Assembly: GCA_051878975.1 (NCBI GenBank)
Contig: JBJELD010000018.1
Location: 3,188-67,187, forward strand
Source: Candidatus Caccovicinus sp.
GTDB lineage: Bacteria; Bacillota; Clostridia; Lachnospirales; Lachnospiraceae
Length of the DNA: 64,000 nucleotides
Reading direction: 5' to 3'
Shown one piece after another: positions 1 to 9,209 of the stretch. Under the pieces are notes generated by a model, which was not told the origin of the DNA, ran no database searches, and worked only from the letters and a program-made list of their open reading frames with translations. Position numbers and translations under genes: made by a program. Within the stretch, counting starts at the first letter, position 1, and each line of letters opens with the position of its first letter.

Positions 1-8
1 ACAGAAAC

Positions 9-44
9 GGCCAGACAGCATATTATGCCGTCTGGCCTGTTTTT
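9..44. terminator. Intrinsic terminator hairpin downstream of purH-like gene
   Basis: GGCCAGAC...GTCTGGCC stem with A/T-rich flanks next to the stop of the 50..1228 ORF. Confidence 0.6.
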
Positions 45-49
45 CTTAA

Positions 50-1228
50 TTAATGATGGAACAAACGAATTCCGGTAAAGGCCATTGCCATACCGTACTT
101 GTTGCAGGTCTCGATTACCTGGTCATCTCTCACCGATCCGCCCGGCTCTGCGATGTACTTCACGCCGCTCTTAAATGCCCGCTCAATGTTGTCCCCAAAC
201 GGAAAGAACGCGTCGGACCCCAATGCCACATCCTGCATCTGATCCAGCCATGCACGCTTCTCTTCTCTGGTAAATACTGGCGGCTTCACCTTAAAGGTTT
301 TCTCCCAGGTGCCGTCTGCCAGAACGTCCATGTATTCTTCTCCAATATAAACATCGATTGCATTGTCGCGGTCTGCCCGCTTGATGCCGTCCACAAACTG
401 CAGATTCAGAACCTGCGGTGCCTGACGCAGGAACCAGTTGTCTGCCTTCTGTCCGGCCAGTCTGGTACAATGTACTCTGGACTGCTGTCCGGCACCGATG
501 CCGATGGCCTGTCCGCCCTTTACATAGCAGACGGAGTTGGACTGCGTATACTTTAAGGTAATCAGCGAAATCATCAGATCAATCTTTGCAGACTCCGGCA
601 TCTCCTTGTTTTCCGTCACCACATTAGAAAGAAGCTCTTCATTGATATCCAGCTCATTCCGGCCCTGCTCAAATACCACGCCGAATACCTGCTTGCGCTC
701 GATCGGCTCCGGCACATAATCCGGATCGATCTGAATCACATTGTACTTGCCGCCCTTCTTGGCCTTCAGAATTTCCAGCGCTTCCGGCTCATAACCGGGA
801 GCAATCACGCCGTCGGAGACTTCCCGCTTGATGATTTTTGCCGTATCCACGTCACAGATATCTGACAGCGCAATGAAATCACCGAAGGAGGACATGCGGT
901 CCGCGCCTCTTGCTCTTGCATAAGCACATGCCAGCGGCGACAGCTCACCCATATCATCTACCCAGTAAATCTTCTTCAGCACATCATCCAGCGGCAGACC
1001 TACTGCTGCACCGGCCGGAGACACATGCTTAAAGGAAGTCGCTGACGGAAGACCGGTCGCCTTCTTCAGTTCTCTTACCAGCTGCCAGCCGTTAAATGCG
1101 TCCAGGAAGTTGATGTAGCCCGGACGTCCGCACAATACCGTGATCGGAAGATCCTTTCCCTCGTTCATGAAAATTCTGGATGGCTTCTGATTTGGATTAC
1201 AGCCATATTTCAACTCTAACTCATTCAT
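50..1228 (-). CDS. purH: AICAR transformylase (PurH C-terminal domain only, no IMPCH domain)
   Basis: LKYGCNPNQ, PGYINFLDA, FKHVSPAG, IGIGAGQQSRVHC, SDAFFPF and terminal RLFHH motifs; 392 aa, lacks the N-terminal MGS-like IMPCH domain. Confidence 0.93.
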   Translation of the reverse strand: MNELELKYGCNPNQKPSRIFMNEGKDLPITVLCGRPGYINFLDAFNGWQLVRELKKATGLPSATSFKHVSPAGAAVGLPLDDVLKKIYWVDDMGELSPLACAYARARGADRMSSFGDFIALSDICDVDTAKIIKREVSDGVIAPGYEPEALEILKAKKGGKYNVIQIDPDYVPEPIERKQVFGVVFEQGRNELDINEELLSNVVTENKEMPESAKIDLMISLITLKYTQSNSVCYVKGGQAIGIGAGQQSRVHCTRLAGQKADNWFLRQAPQVLNLQFVDGIKRADRDNAIDVYIGEEYMDVLADGTWEKTFKVKPPVFTREEKRAWLDQMQDVALGSDAFFPFGDNIERAFKSGVKYIAEPGGSVRDDQVIETCNKYGMAMAFTGIRLFHH

Positions 1229-1273
1229 TTCCCTTTTCTCCTTATGATCTGATTTTGCATCGCTGCCCGATTT

Positions 1274-1987
1274 TTACTGGTTTTTATTCACAATTCTGGT
1301 TTCATACTTTCCGGTTGCAAGATCAATGAACCGAACGAACAGAGAAACCTTGTTGTCCGGATTCAGATTCTCCCAGACCATCTCGGTAAAGGTATCGATG
1401 TCACCGGAAATCTTCACCCATTTCGGCTCTCCCTCAAAGCTCGGAAGCGGACTGCCGTCATGCATATAGGTGTGGATAAAATGACCTTCTCCGTTCACCG
1501 GATTCTCATAAGCAAAGGTATATCGGTTGCAGGCCTTCGGATTGCCGTTATTGCTCTTCAAAATAGACATGGCATAATTGTATTTTCCGTTCTCAATATG
1601 CATGATTCCGGAAATCCGCGGCGTATAATTCGGGCCGTCCGGCTCAAACTCCCGGCTTCTCAGAGACTGCTCAAAAGTCAGCTGTTTATCCATGCCATCA
1701 TAAATGGTATCCGTCTGATCGCCATTTGTTACAATCGTTTTGTTCCCCAGCACCCGGACCGGCGCATAAATAATCAGACTCGGATCCGTCAGCCTGGAAG
1801 GATCAAAAGCCTGGGTACGGATTCCCTCACCTTCCTCTACAAACACACGATTCCGGCTGTTTTCACTGCGTCCCATAATAAAATAAGCTGCAACCGCCCT
1901 GGTTCCGTCCTCCGACTTTCCGATTACGATTCCTCTTCCCGGATACGTATTATTCTTTAATTCTTCCGCTAATGAAAGCATCTGCAT
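1274..1987 (-). CDS. PurO-like (Ntn-fold) IMP cyclohydrolase
   Basis: YPGRGI, YFIMGRSENSRNR, VTNGDQTD and FEPDGPNYTPRISG motifs; start moved to ATG 1987 after RBS AAAGGAG; adjacent to IMPCH-less purH. Confidence 0.85.
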   Translation of the reverse strand: MQMLSLAEELKNNTYPGRGIVIGKSEDGTRAVAAYFIMGRSENSRNRVFVEEGEGIRTQAFDPSRLTDPSLIIYAPVRVLGNKTIVTNGDQTDTIYDGMDKQLTFEQSLRSREFEPDGPNYTPRISGIMHIENGKYNYAMSILKSNNGNPKACNRYTFAYENPVNGEGHFIHTYMHDGSPLPSFEGEPKWVKISGDIDTFTEMVWENLNPDNKVSLFVRFIDLATGKYETRIVNKNQ

Positions 1988-2021
1988 AGCAGTATCTCCT
2001 TTCTCTTCCTCATTCAAACAC

Positions 2022-2061
2022 AAAAACCGCCTGGACATACCAAAAAAAGGTGCCCAGGCGG
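2022..2061 (-). terminator. Riboswitch expression-platform terminator
   Basis: Minus strand CCGCCTGGGC...GTCCAGGCGG followed by TTTTT; overlaps the aptamer P3. Confidence 0.85.
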
Positions 2062-2121
2062 TCGACTCTCAGCTTCCACGTGCTCCCTGTGGTTGGTCCC
2101 ACTATCCGCCAGTTGCACGTC
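2051..2121 (-). ncRNA. ZMP/ZTP (pfl) riboswitch
   Basis: Minus strand ACGTGCAACTGGCGGATAGTGGGACCAACCACAGGGAGCACGT...GTCGACCGCCTGGGCA matches the ZTP aptamer (ACUGGCG, GUGG/CCAC-GGGAGC, CCGCCUGGGCA); lies upstream of purine/AICAR genes. Confidence 0.93.
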
Positions 2122-2131
2122 TTATACCCTT

Positions 2132-2160
2132 ATCATAAATGATTCCTCACATTTCCGCAA
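2132..2160 (-). promoter_or_regulatory. SigA-type promoter for the ZTP riboswitch/pur operon
   Basis: TTGCGG-17bp-TATGAT immediately 5' of the aptamer. Confidence 0.7.
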
Positions 2161-2204
2161 GTCCTTTTTCAATATTCCCTTCTCCGGCAGCTTATGTCAG
2201 CCCC

Positions 2205-3563
2205 TTACTCATTCCGTATTGCCGCCAGCGGACTCAGCTTCATAGCCCTCGTCGCCGGCAGAAATCCGGCCGCCATACCCACCAGCACGGCAAAGCCCAG
2301 AGCTGACAGATTCAGCCACAGCGGGATCCGTGAAATATCCCCGCCCATACCGGTCAGGGCCGCTGCCCCGGCAAAATGATTGATTGCAAAAGAAATAAAA
2401 AAGCTTAAAAGAAGGCCGGCCACTCCTCCCAGGAAACCGATGAAACCGGATTCCAGAAGAAACATATCCCGGATGTTCCTCATATCGCAGCCCAGTACCT
2501 TCATCACACCGATCTCCTTCGTCCTCTCATAAATCGACATCATCATCGTATTGGCAATGCCGATGGCCGCAACAAACAGCGAAACGGCTCCGATTCCGCC
2601 CAGCACCGCCTGTACCATCTGAGACTGCTTCTGGGACTGTTCCAGCCATTCCATATTGCTCTGCGCCTGGTAGCCCATGTCAGAAACGGCTGCCTGCACC
2701 TGCGTCACATGCTCCATGTCATCCACAAAAACCCGGGCCGAATCATAAACCATATAGGGAAGCGCCTTTCCTTTTTTATTGGTAGGCTGATTCGGAATGG
2801 GATTTTTCCGGAAGATCCGTTTCAGCTGGGCTTCCAGCATATCAATATCCACATAAATATCGTAGCTGTAATGATTCCATTCCTGTACGCTGCCCGCCAC
2901 GACAGCTGCCGTCTTCACCAGATATTTTTTCGGCGGCTTCACGGCCGCCCCGCCGTTTTCTGAACTGCCCAACGACTGGAAATACGCATCCATATCAAAA
3001 ATTGCAAACATCGGCTTATTCATAAAATCCACACCCGGTATTTCTCCCGTATCCCAGTAGCCCTTGCCTGTTTTTGAATTAGAAAACTGGGTCGGTATCA
3101 TGTTTCCGACCACCATCAGAAGCTCCTTGTCTGAGGCCGTGGGAAGCCTTCCTTCACCGATGGGAATTTCCTGCATAAACGTTTCGTTTACGCCATTCAT
3201 ATTCACATAAGCCTCATAAGGCCCCTGCTTTAAAAGGACGTTCACAGACAGAACCGGGGAAACTCCCTTTACATGCGGAATCCGTTTCAGCTGCTTCACC
3301 ACATCATCCGTAATATAATTCGGCTCTGATTTGGAATCCGAGTTCATTCCCCACCGGGATTCTGAGTAAACCTCAATCGTGGTCAGACTGCCGTAGGAGG
3401 CAATCTGCTCAACCGTCAGCTCATTCAGGCCGATGCCCAACGATACCATGACGACAATGGAGGCCGTGCCGATGACCACGCCCAGCACCGTCAGAACCGT
3501 CCGCAGTTTTCTGCGCAGCAGATTGTTTACACTCATGGTCAGCAGGTCACGAAATTTCATCAT
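2205..3563 (-). CDS. ABC transporter permease, MacB/FtsX family
   Basis: RRKLRTVLTVLGVVIG N-terminal TM, large extracytoplasmic domain, IGIANTMMMSIYERTKEIGVMKVLG, terminal PLAAIRNE. Confidence 0.92.
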   Translation of the reverse strand: MMKFRDLLTMSVNNLLRRKLRTVLTVLGVVIGTASIVVMVSLGIGLNELTVEQIASYGSLTTIEVYSESRWGMNSDSKSEPNYITDDVVKQLKRIPHVKGVSPVLSVNVLLKQGPYEAYVNMNGVNETFMQEIPIGEGRLPTASDKELLMVVGNMIPTQFSNSKTGKGYWDTGEIPGVDFMNKPMFAIFDMDAYFQSLGSSENGGAAVKPPKKYLVKTAAVVAGSVQEWNHYSYDIYVDIDMLEAQLKRIFRKNPIPNQPTNKKGKALPYMVYDSARVFVDDMEHVTQVQAAVSDMGYQAQSNMEWLEQSQKQSQMVQAVLGGIGAVSLFVAAIGIANTMMMSIYERTKEIGVMKVLGCDMRNIRDMFLLESGFIGFLGGVAGLLLSFFISFAINHFAGAAALTGMGGDISRIPLWLNLSALGFAVLVGMAAGFLPATRAMKLSPLAAIRNE

Positions 3564-5493
3564 CGATTCCCTCTTCCTCTGCCTTCTGCGCCTTTTTCTT
3601 CTTCCGGCGTTTTATGAAAAAGCCCCCGACAGCAATGCTCACAGCCGCCAGAACCGCTCCGCCGGCCATCACAAGACGGCGTTTTGCAGGATCCGCCGGC
3701 AATCCGGCAGCGCCGGCCGGTGCATCCGCTTCCATTCCGTCCATACCATCCGGCATGAACTCCTCAAACTCCGGCATAGGTTCTGTTACAAACAAAGTCA
3801 GTTCCTTTTCGATCTCTGTCACCTCACCATTTTCATCCTCATAGGAAAGAATGACCTTTACCTTGCCGTCGTCCATGGTCGCCGCCGCACCGGTCACCAT
3901 CACATCCACATTTCCCGTCTCACCCGGCTTGATATTTCCCACATATGCCTCTGTTGTCCGGACAGAATCCGCCTCAAACCGCACATTCACATTGTACAGC
4001 TGAATCCGTCCCGTATTGTTGATTCCAAACATGATGTTGGTCTCGTCTCCCACCTCAATGGAATCCGGCATGACCTCGAAAGTGCTGGTGCTCAGGCGCG
4101 CCTTCTGGTAGATCGGAATATCGATCACCACACTCTCCTCCGCATTCTTAAACTCCGGGCTGTCATATTTTTCCTTGACGGTAATCGTATAGGAACGCTG
4201 ATCAATGCCGGCTTTGGCCAGAAATTTCATCCGCAGCTCCGTCGACGTCCCGGCCCCCAGCGCATTCACCACAATGGAGGAGGAACCGGATTCCGTGGAA
4301 AACACAGATGTATTATCTACCTTCTCCGGCTCCAGCGTAAACAGAATGTTGCTTGCCGCAACGGCCGTCGAGGCATTTTTCATGCGAAGCACCAGTTCAA
4401 ACTCATCCCCTGCCATGATCTTTTCCGGGATCGTCTGGAAGCCATCCACGATGATTCTGGCCTTGGTGCGGTCATTCTCATTAAAGTCTCCCAGCGAATC
4501 TTCCCGGTCCTTGCTCGTAATATGAACATAAAATTCATAATCCTTGGACTGGACACTGGTGTCCGTGCTCTGTGTTTCACCAGCCGCATTCGTAAAAGCG
4601 CCGGGACCCTCTGCGATCCGTTTCTTCCCCTCCATGCTTTCCCGGTAAGAAATCTTAAATTTGATCGGATAAAATCCGGTATAACTCTCTTCCCGGATCG
4701 CCATGCTGTAAGGCAGATTCACCGTCTCCCCGGGCTCGATCACGTCAAAATGCCGGTCATAATTCCCTTCATTGATCATAAACGGAAATTCATCATCGCT
4801 CTTGCTCAGCACCATGCTGACCGTCACATCATAAGCCGGCATCCAGCTTTTGTTTCGCATATTAATGCCGAAATTCATCACATCCGGATACGTTCCGTAG
4901 GGCGTAGGCTGCCCTTCTCCCAGAACGAACGCCACCTCCTCCGTGCTGTCCTCCTCATCCTCTGTATCGGAAGAGGAATCCTTCGAGTAAATCCAGACAT
5001 TGATGAAATCCACCTCCGGTGAACTGTCCCTTCCGTCCTCATAAATGGCAATAGGAATACAGTAATAACCCTCCGTCATATCCCGCCGGACACGGGCTGT
5101 CAGGGAAACGCTTTTCGTATTTCCCTTGCTTATCCTTCCCAGCTTTTTCGGTTCGAACGTCGAATCGCTGATTTCAAAGGGATACTGATTCTGCAGGCCG
5201 TCATTCCGGTCCCCGTCCTCCGGCATCTCATAGAAGCTGTCGATCTCATCAGACAGTCCGACCCACACATCCGACATATCATGCGGTGCCCGGATCGTCA
5301 CGGAAATTCCCATGGACTTTCCTGCTTTCCCCGTCGGATCCTTCTTGATGACCACGTATTCATTATCATAATCCCGTCCCATCACATTCTCGTAGGCCCC
5401 ATAAGCCTGTACTCCTGCACCCGGCATCGAAAAAAAAATGACCAGGGCGGCCGCGGCTGCTCCCAGCCGGCTGGCCATGTGCTTCAAATTCAT
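3547..5493 (-). CDS. COG1361/S-layer-domain-like secreted protein with Ig-like (CARDB-type) repeats and C-terminal TM anchor
   Basis: Signal peptide, repeated beta-rich units (LGRISKGNTKSV, IEPGETVN, VGNIKPGETGNV), C-terminal TM followed by KRRKKKK. Confidence 0.75.
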   Translation of the reverse strand: MNLKHMASRLGAAAAALVIFFSMPGAGVQAYGAYENVMGRDYDNEYVVIKKDPTGKAGKSMGISVTIRAPHDMSDVWVGLSDEIDSFYEMPEDGDRNDGLQNQYPFEISDSTFEPKKLGRISKGNTKSVSLTARVRRDMTEGYYCIPIAIYEDGRDSSPEVDFINVWIYSKDSSSDTEDEEDSTEEVAFVLGEGQPTPYGTYPDVMNFGINMRNKSWMPAYDVTVSMVLSKSDDEFPFMINEGNYDRHFDVIEPGETVNLPYSMAIREESYTGFYPIKFKISYRESMEGKKRIAEGPGAFTNAAGETQSTDTSVQSKDYEFYVHITSKDREDSLGDFNENDRTKARIIVDGFQTIPEKIMAGDEFELVLRMKNASTAVAASNILFTLEPEKVDNTSVFSTESGSSSIVVNALGAGTSTELRMKFLAKAGIDQRSYTITVKEKYDSPEFKNAEESVVIDIPIYQKARLSTSTFEVMPDSIEVGDETNIMFGINNTGRIQLYNVNVRFEADSVRTTEAYVGNIKPGETGNVDVMVTGAAATMDDGKVKVILSYEDENGEVTEIEKELTLFVTEPMPEFEEFMPDGMDGMEADAPAGAAGLPADPAKRRLVMAGGAVLAAVSIAVGGFFIKRRKKKKAQKAEEEGIDDEIS

Positions 5494-6197
5494 GACTCAT
5501 TTCCTCCCTCAATGCTGACAATCTTTCCGTCAATAATCCGAATTCTCCGATCTGCATAGGAAGCCAGATGATTATCATGGGTCACCATCACCAGTGTCTG
5601 ATCCTGCTCCCGCACGATCCTCTGCATCAGATGAAGGACTTCCATGGTCGTTTTGGAATCCAGATTTCCGGTAGGCTCGTCAGCAAAAATAATCTGTGGG
5701 TTCACCGCCAGCGCTCTGGCAATTCCCACACGCTGCTGCTGGCCGCCTGACATCTGATTCGGCATATGCTTTGCCTGCCCGCCGACTCCGACCAGATCCA
5801 TGTACTTCTGCGCCCGGGCCAGACGCTCCTTTCGCCCCATCCCGCGGAAGGAAAGAGGCAGCGCCACATTTTCAATCGCATTCATGGTATTCAGCAGATT
5901 GTACGACTGAAAAATAAACCCGATTTTTTCCCGCCGGAAGGCCACCAGCTCCTTCTCAGAAAGATGTTCCATGTGTTTCCCGGCAATCTGGATTTCCCCT
6001 TTTGTCGGTTTTTCCAGACCGGCAAGCATATTTAAAAGAGTGGATTTCCCGGATCCGGATGTCCCCACAATCGCGCAGAATTCTCCCTTATATAAGGTAA
6101 AGCTGACGCCATTCAAGGCACGAACCTTCGTCTCACCCACTCTGTAAATTTTATATAAATTTTTCACCTGAATAATCGGAATCTTTTCCATTGTCAC
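5490..6197 (-). CDS. ABC transporter ATP-binding protein (LolD/MacB-type)
   Basis: GTSGSGKST Walker A, MSGGQQQR signature, ADEPTGNLD, VTHD. Confidence 0.95.
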   Translation of the reverse strand: MTMEKIPIIQVKNLYKIYRVGETKVRALNGVSFTLYKGEFCAIVGTSGSGKSTLLNMLAGLEKPTKGEIQIAGKHMEHLSEKELVAFRREKIGFIFQSYNLLNTMNAIENVALPLSFRGMGRKERLARAQKYMDLVGVGGQAKHMPNQMSGGQQQRVGIARALAVNPQIIFADEPTGNLDSKTTMEVLHLMQRIVREQDQTLVMVTHDNHLASYADRRIRIIDGKIVSIEGGNES

Positions 6198-6297
6198 AGG
6201 CCCCTCTGATCATGTTCACTCCGTTTGCTCATGTTCAGTTTATCATATACAGACAGCAGGGGCTGCATCTTTTTTCTTAAGCTTCATTACAGATTCC

Positions 6298-7113
6298 TTA
6301 CGCGTTTCTTTCCATCGCTTCCATGCCCCGGATCCGGCGCTCAAATTCCTTCAAATATTCCTCCGGTGACAAATACTGCTCCTTATTGACCCGATACGCC
6401 GGACTCCACATATTCACCACCACCACCGCGGCTTTGTCCGGATCCTTGGTATGCCGGTAATTAGCATCTGCCGTAAACTGGTAGTTTTGAACCACATCCT
6501 TCCAGACCATGTGCTCGCCGCGGTTCCGGATCCGCTTCTTATTATAGAAGACCTCCTTGACGATCAGTTTAAAGATCTCCTCCCCGCCGCAGACGATCAC
6601 TCTCGGACGAATCAGATGAATCTGACGTCTGATAAATTCAATATATTCATAACCGTAATTCAGCCAGATCGTATCCGAGGACTCTTTTCCGCCCCGCTTA
6701 TTGATATAGAGAACGCCCAGCGTGTCCATGACCGCCTGGCTGCTCATGCCCTGTGCCTGATCGCCGAGAAGAAGCCGCTGCATCCCCACCAGGTAGCCGC
6801 ACTCATCCTCAAAGCCCTTCTTATATTTGCGGAACTCTTTCCGGATATCAGTAATGACCGGAAACGTCAGTCCCTTCTGAATGTAACGCTTCAGACTCGG
6901 TTCCTTCAATATATATAACACTCCGGAAAACTGCTCCGGATTCATAACGCCGTCAATATGAAAGCTTCTCTTGTCAATCTCCATATAGCTGGTATTGCTG
7001 ACCGTCTCCAGCTCCGTGTGCTGCATCGTCTGCCAAAGGACATACAGCTCCTCCAGCGAACAGCAGTCTGCTGCCAGCCCCTCCACCACAATCTGTTCTA
7101 ATGATTTCGCCAC
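6298..7113 (-). CDS. Hypothetical protein, probable uracil-DNA-glycosylase-like fold
   Basis: FHIDGV..VLYILKEP, YINKRGG, QIHLIRPRVIVCGG and NMWSPAY resemble UDG-superfamily motifs. Confidence 0.55.
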   Translation of the reverse strand: MAKSLEQIVVEGLAADCCSLEELYVLWQTMQHTELETVSNTSYMEIDKRSFHIDGVMNPEQFSGVLYILKEPSLKRYIQKGLTFPVITDIRKEFRKYKKGFEDECGYLVGMQRLLLGDQAQGMSSQAVMDTLGVLYINKRGGKESSDTIWLNYGYEYIEFIRRQIHLIRPRVIVCGGEEIFKLIVKEVFYNKKRIRNRGEHMVWKDVVQNYQFTADANYRHTKDPDKAAVVVVNMWSPAYRVNKEQYLSPEEYLKEFERRIRGMEAMERNA

Positions 7114-7358
7114 ATGAAAACCCCCGTTTCTCCTCTATGTACTTTCGGAATCTTCCGATTGCTGCCACTGTCTGCACGCAGCGCACCAGCCGTCCGCCGG
7201 TGTCCGTCCAGGCGGCAGCGCACAGCTTCAGTATAACATAAATTTTATCAGTTGGATTCATAAAATCAAATAAAAAAGTAGTAGCTTTCTCTCCGCAAAT
7301 GCTATATAATGGGTAAGATTAAAGAAAGGTATGAGACACGAACACAAAGGAGGTTCTC

Positions 7359-8282
7359 ATGAGACATTTACTCAACCCATTAGATTTTACGGTGGAGGAG
7401 ATTGACGAACTGCTGGCTGTTGCCGGCGACATTGAAAAAAATCCTTCCAAATATGCTCATGTTTGTGACGGTAAAAAGCTGGCCACCTGCTTTTATGAGC
7501 CAAGCACCAGAACCCGTCTTAGCTTTGAAGCTGCCATGCTGAACCTTGGCGGCAGTGTACTTGGTTTTTCTTCTGCTGATTCCAGCTCTGCTGCGAAGGG
7601 CGAGAGCATCGCGGACACCATTCGCGTGATCTCCTGCTACGCGGACATCTGCGCTATGCGCCACCCGAAAGAAGGCTCCGCACTGGTTGCAGCCATGAAT
7701 TCCGGAATTCCGGTCATTAACGCCGGCGACGGCGGCCACCAGCATCCGACTCAGACGCTGACGGACCTTCTGACCATCCATTCGCTGAAGGGACGATTAG
7801 GCGGATTGACCGTCGGTCTCTGCGGCGATCTGAAATTCGGCCGTACCGTACACTCCCTGATCAACGCTCTGGTCCGCTATCCGGACATCCAATTTGTCCT
7901 GATTTCCCCGCCTGAGCTGTGCATTCCGGAATACATCCGTGAGGACGTATTAAAAGCAAACAACGTGAAATTTAAGGAGCTTGGAAATCTGGATGAGGCA
8001 CTTCCGGAGCTGGATATTCTCTACATGACCCGTATCCAGAAGGAGCGCTTCTTCAACGAGGATGATTACATTCGTCTGAAGGACTGTTATATCCTGACCC
8101 CTAAGAAAATGAAGCTGGCAAAACCGGATATGTATGTGCTCCATCCGCTTCCTCGTGTCAATGAGATTTCCGTTGAAGTGGACAAGGATCCGAGAGCTGC
8201 CTATTTTAAGCAGGCCCAGTACGGCGTTTACGTCCGCATGGCCCTGATCATGAAATTACTGGAGGTGAAAGCACCATGTTAA
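7359..8282 (+). CDS. pyrB: Aspartate carbamoyltransferase catalytic subunit
   Basis: [38 protein letters not shown]. Confidence 0.97.
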   Translation: MRHLLNPLDFTVEEIDELLAVAGDIEKNPSKYAHVCDGKKLATCFYEPSTRTRLSFEAAMLNLGGSVLGFSSADSSSAAKGESIADTIRVISCYADICAMRHPKEGSALVAAMNSGIPVINAGDGGHQHPTQTLTDLLTIHSLKGRLGGLTVGLCGDLKFGRTVHSLINALVRYPDIQFVLISPPELCIPEYIREDVLKANNVKFKELGNLDEALPELDILYMTRIQKERFFNEDDYIRLKDCYILTPKKMKLAKPDMYVLHPLPRVNEISVEVDKDPRAAYFKQAQYGVYVRMALIMKLLEVKAPC

Positions 8283-8701
8283 ATATCAGCGGTTTAAAGG
8301 AAGGCATCGTATTAGACCACATTGAAGCAGGCAGAAGCCTGGACATTTACTATCATCTGGGTCTGGACAAGCTGGAATGTCAGGTTGCCATCATCAAAAA
8401 TGCACGAAGCAACAAGATGGGCCGCAAGGATATCATCAAGATCGAAGGAGGACTGGACACCATTGATCTGGATGTGCTGGGCTATATCGACCACAACATT
8501 ACGATCAATATCATCCGCGACAACCAGATCGTGGAAAAGAGAGCCTTAAAGCTTCCGAAAAAAATTACCAATGTCATTCACTGCAAGAATCCGCGCTGCA
8601 TCACTTCCATCGAGCAGGAACTGCCGGATGTCTTCTATCTGGCTGATGAAAAGACGGAAACCTATCGCTGCAAATACTGCGACGAGAAGTACACCAAATA
8701 A
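8276..8701 (+). CDS. pyrI: Aspartate carbamoyltransferase regulatory subunit
   Basis: GIVLDHI, KDIIKIE, Zn ligands CKNPRCI and CKYC; overlaps the pyrB stop. Confidence 0.95.
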   Translation: MLNISGLKEGIVLDHIEAGRSLDIYYHLGLDKLECQVAIIKNARSNKMGRKDIIKIEGGLDTIDLDVLGYIDHNITINIIRDNQIVEKRALKLPKKITNVIHCKNPRCITSIEQELPDVFYLADEKTETYRCKYCDEKYTK

Positions 8702-8740
8702 TTTTTCCTGCGCCGCAGCCGGCGCTCTGTCATAAAAATA

Positions 8741-8785
8741 AAAACATCCGGCGCACTGCCTTACTGCAGATACCGGATGTTTTTT
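8741..8785. terminator. Bidirectional terminator between pyrI and rnpB
   Basis: AAAACATCCGG...CCGGATGTTTTTT inverted repeat. Confidence 0.75.
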
Positions 8786-8798
8786 CTTCTTTTATTTT

Positions 8799-9161
8799 GA
8801 GCAAAGCGATAAGCCGGGTTATGTCGTGAATGGCCATCTATCTAGGACTGCTGTCGCCAGCAGCCTCAAGCAACCTACCCGGAAGCAGACGGGCCGCCTT
8901 ATGCCTCCTGTTTGATTTTGCTTCGGATGGGGTTTACAGAGCCCTGTCTGTTACCAGCCAGGCGGTAGTCTCTTACACTGCCTTTCCACCCTTACTGACA
9001 GAAGCTGCGGAAGAACCGCAGAATCTGCAGCGGTTAATTTTCTGTTGCACTTTCCTTGGAGTCGCCTCCACCAGACGTTATCTGGCATCCTGCCCTGTGA
9101 AGCCCGGACTTTCCTCTCCTGCGGCCTTGCGGTATCGCAGCAGCGGCCATTTGCCTTACTC
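8799..9161 (-). ncRNA. rnpB: RNase P RNA (bacterial, probably type A)
   Basis: Minus strand GAGGAAAGTCCGGGC, GGAAAGTGCAACAGAAA, GTAAACCCCATCCGAAGCAA and ACATAACCCGGCTTA; P1 GAGTAAGGC/GCTTTGCTC; promoter TGGACA-17-TAGGAT at 9173..9201. Confidence 0.96.
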
Positions 9162-9209
9162 AAAACAAACATATCCTACCACAGATTTGCTTCTTTGTCC
9201 AGCGCCGAT

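Noticed and set aside
3433-5022. 529-aa plus-strand ORF
   Set aside because: Antisense shadow of the COG1361-like gene; no motifs or RBS, and a His/Arg/Leu-rich composition typical of reverse frames
7262-7358. PyrR attenuator before pyrB
   Set aside because: Leader is too short and has no AGUCC-AGAG binding loop or terminator
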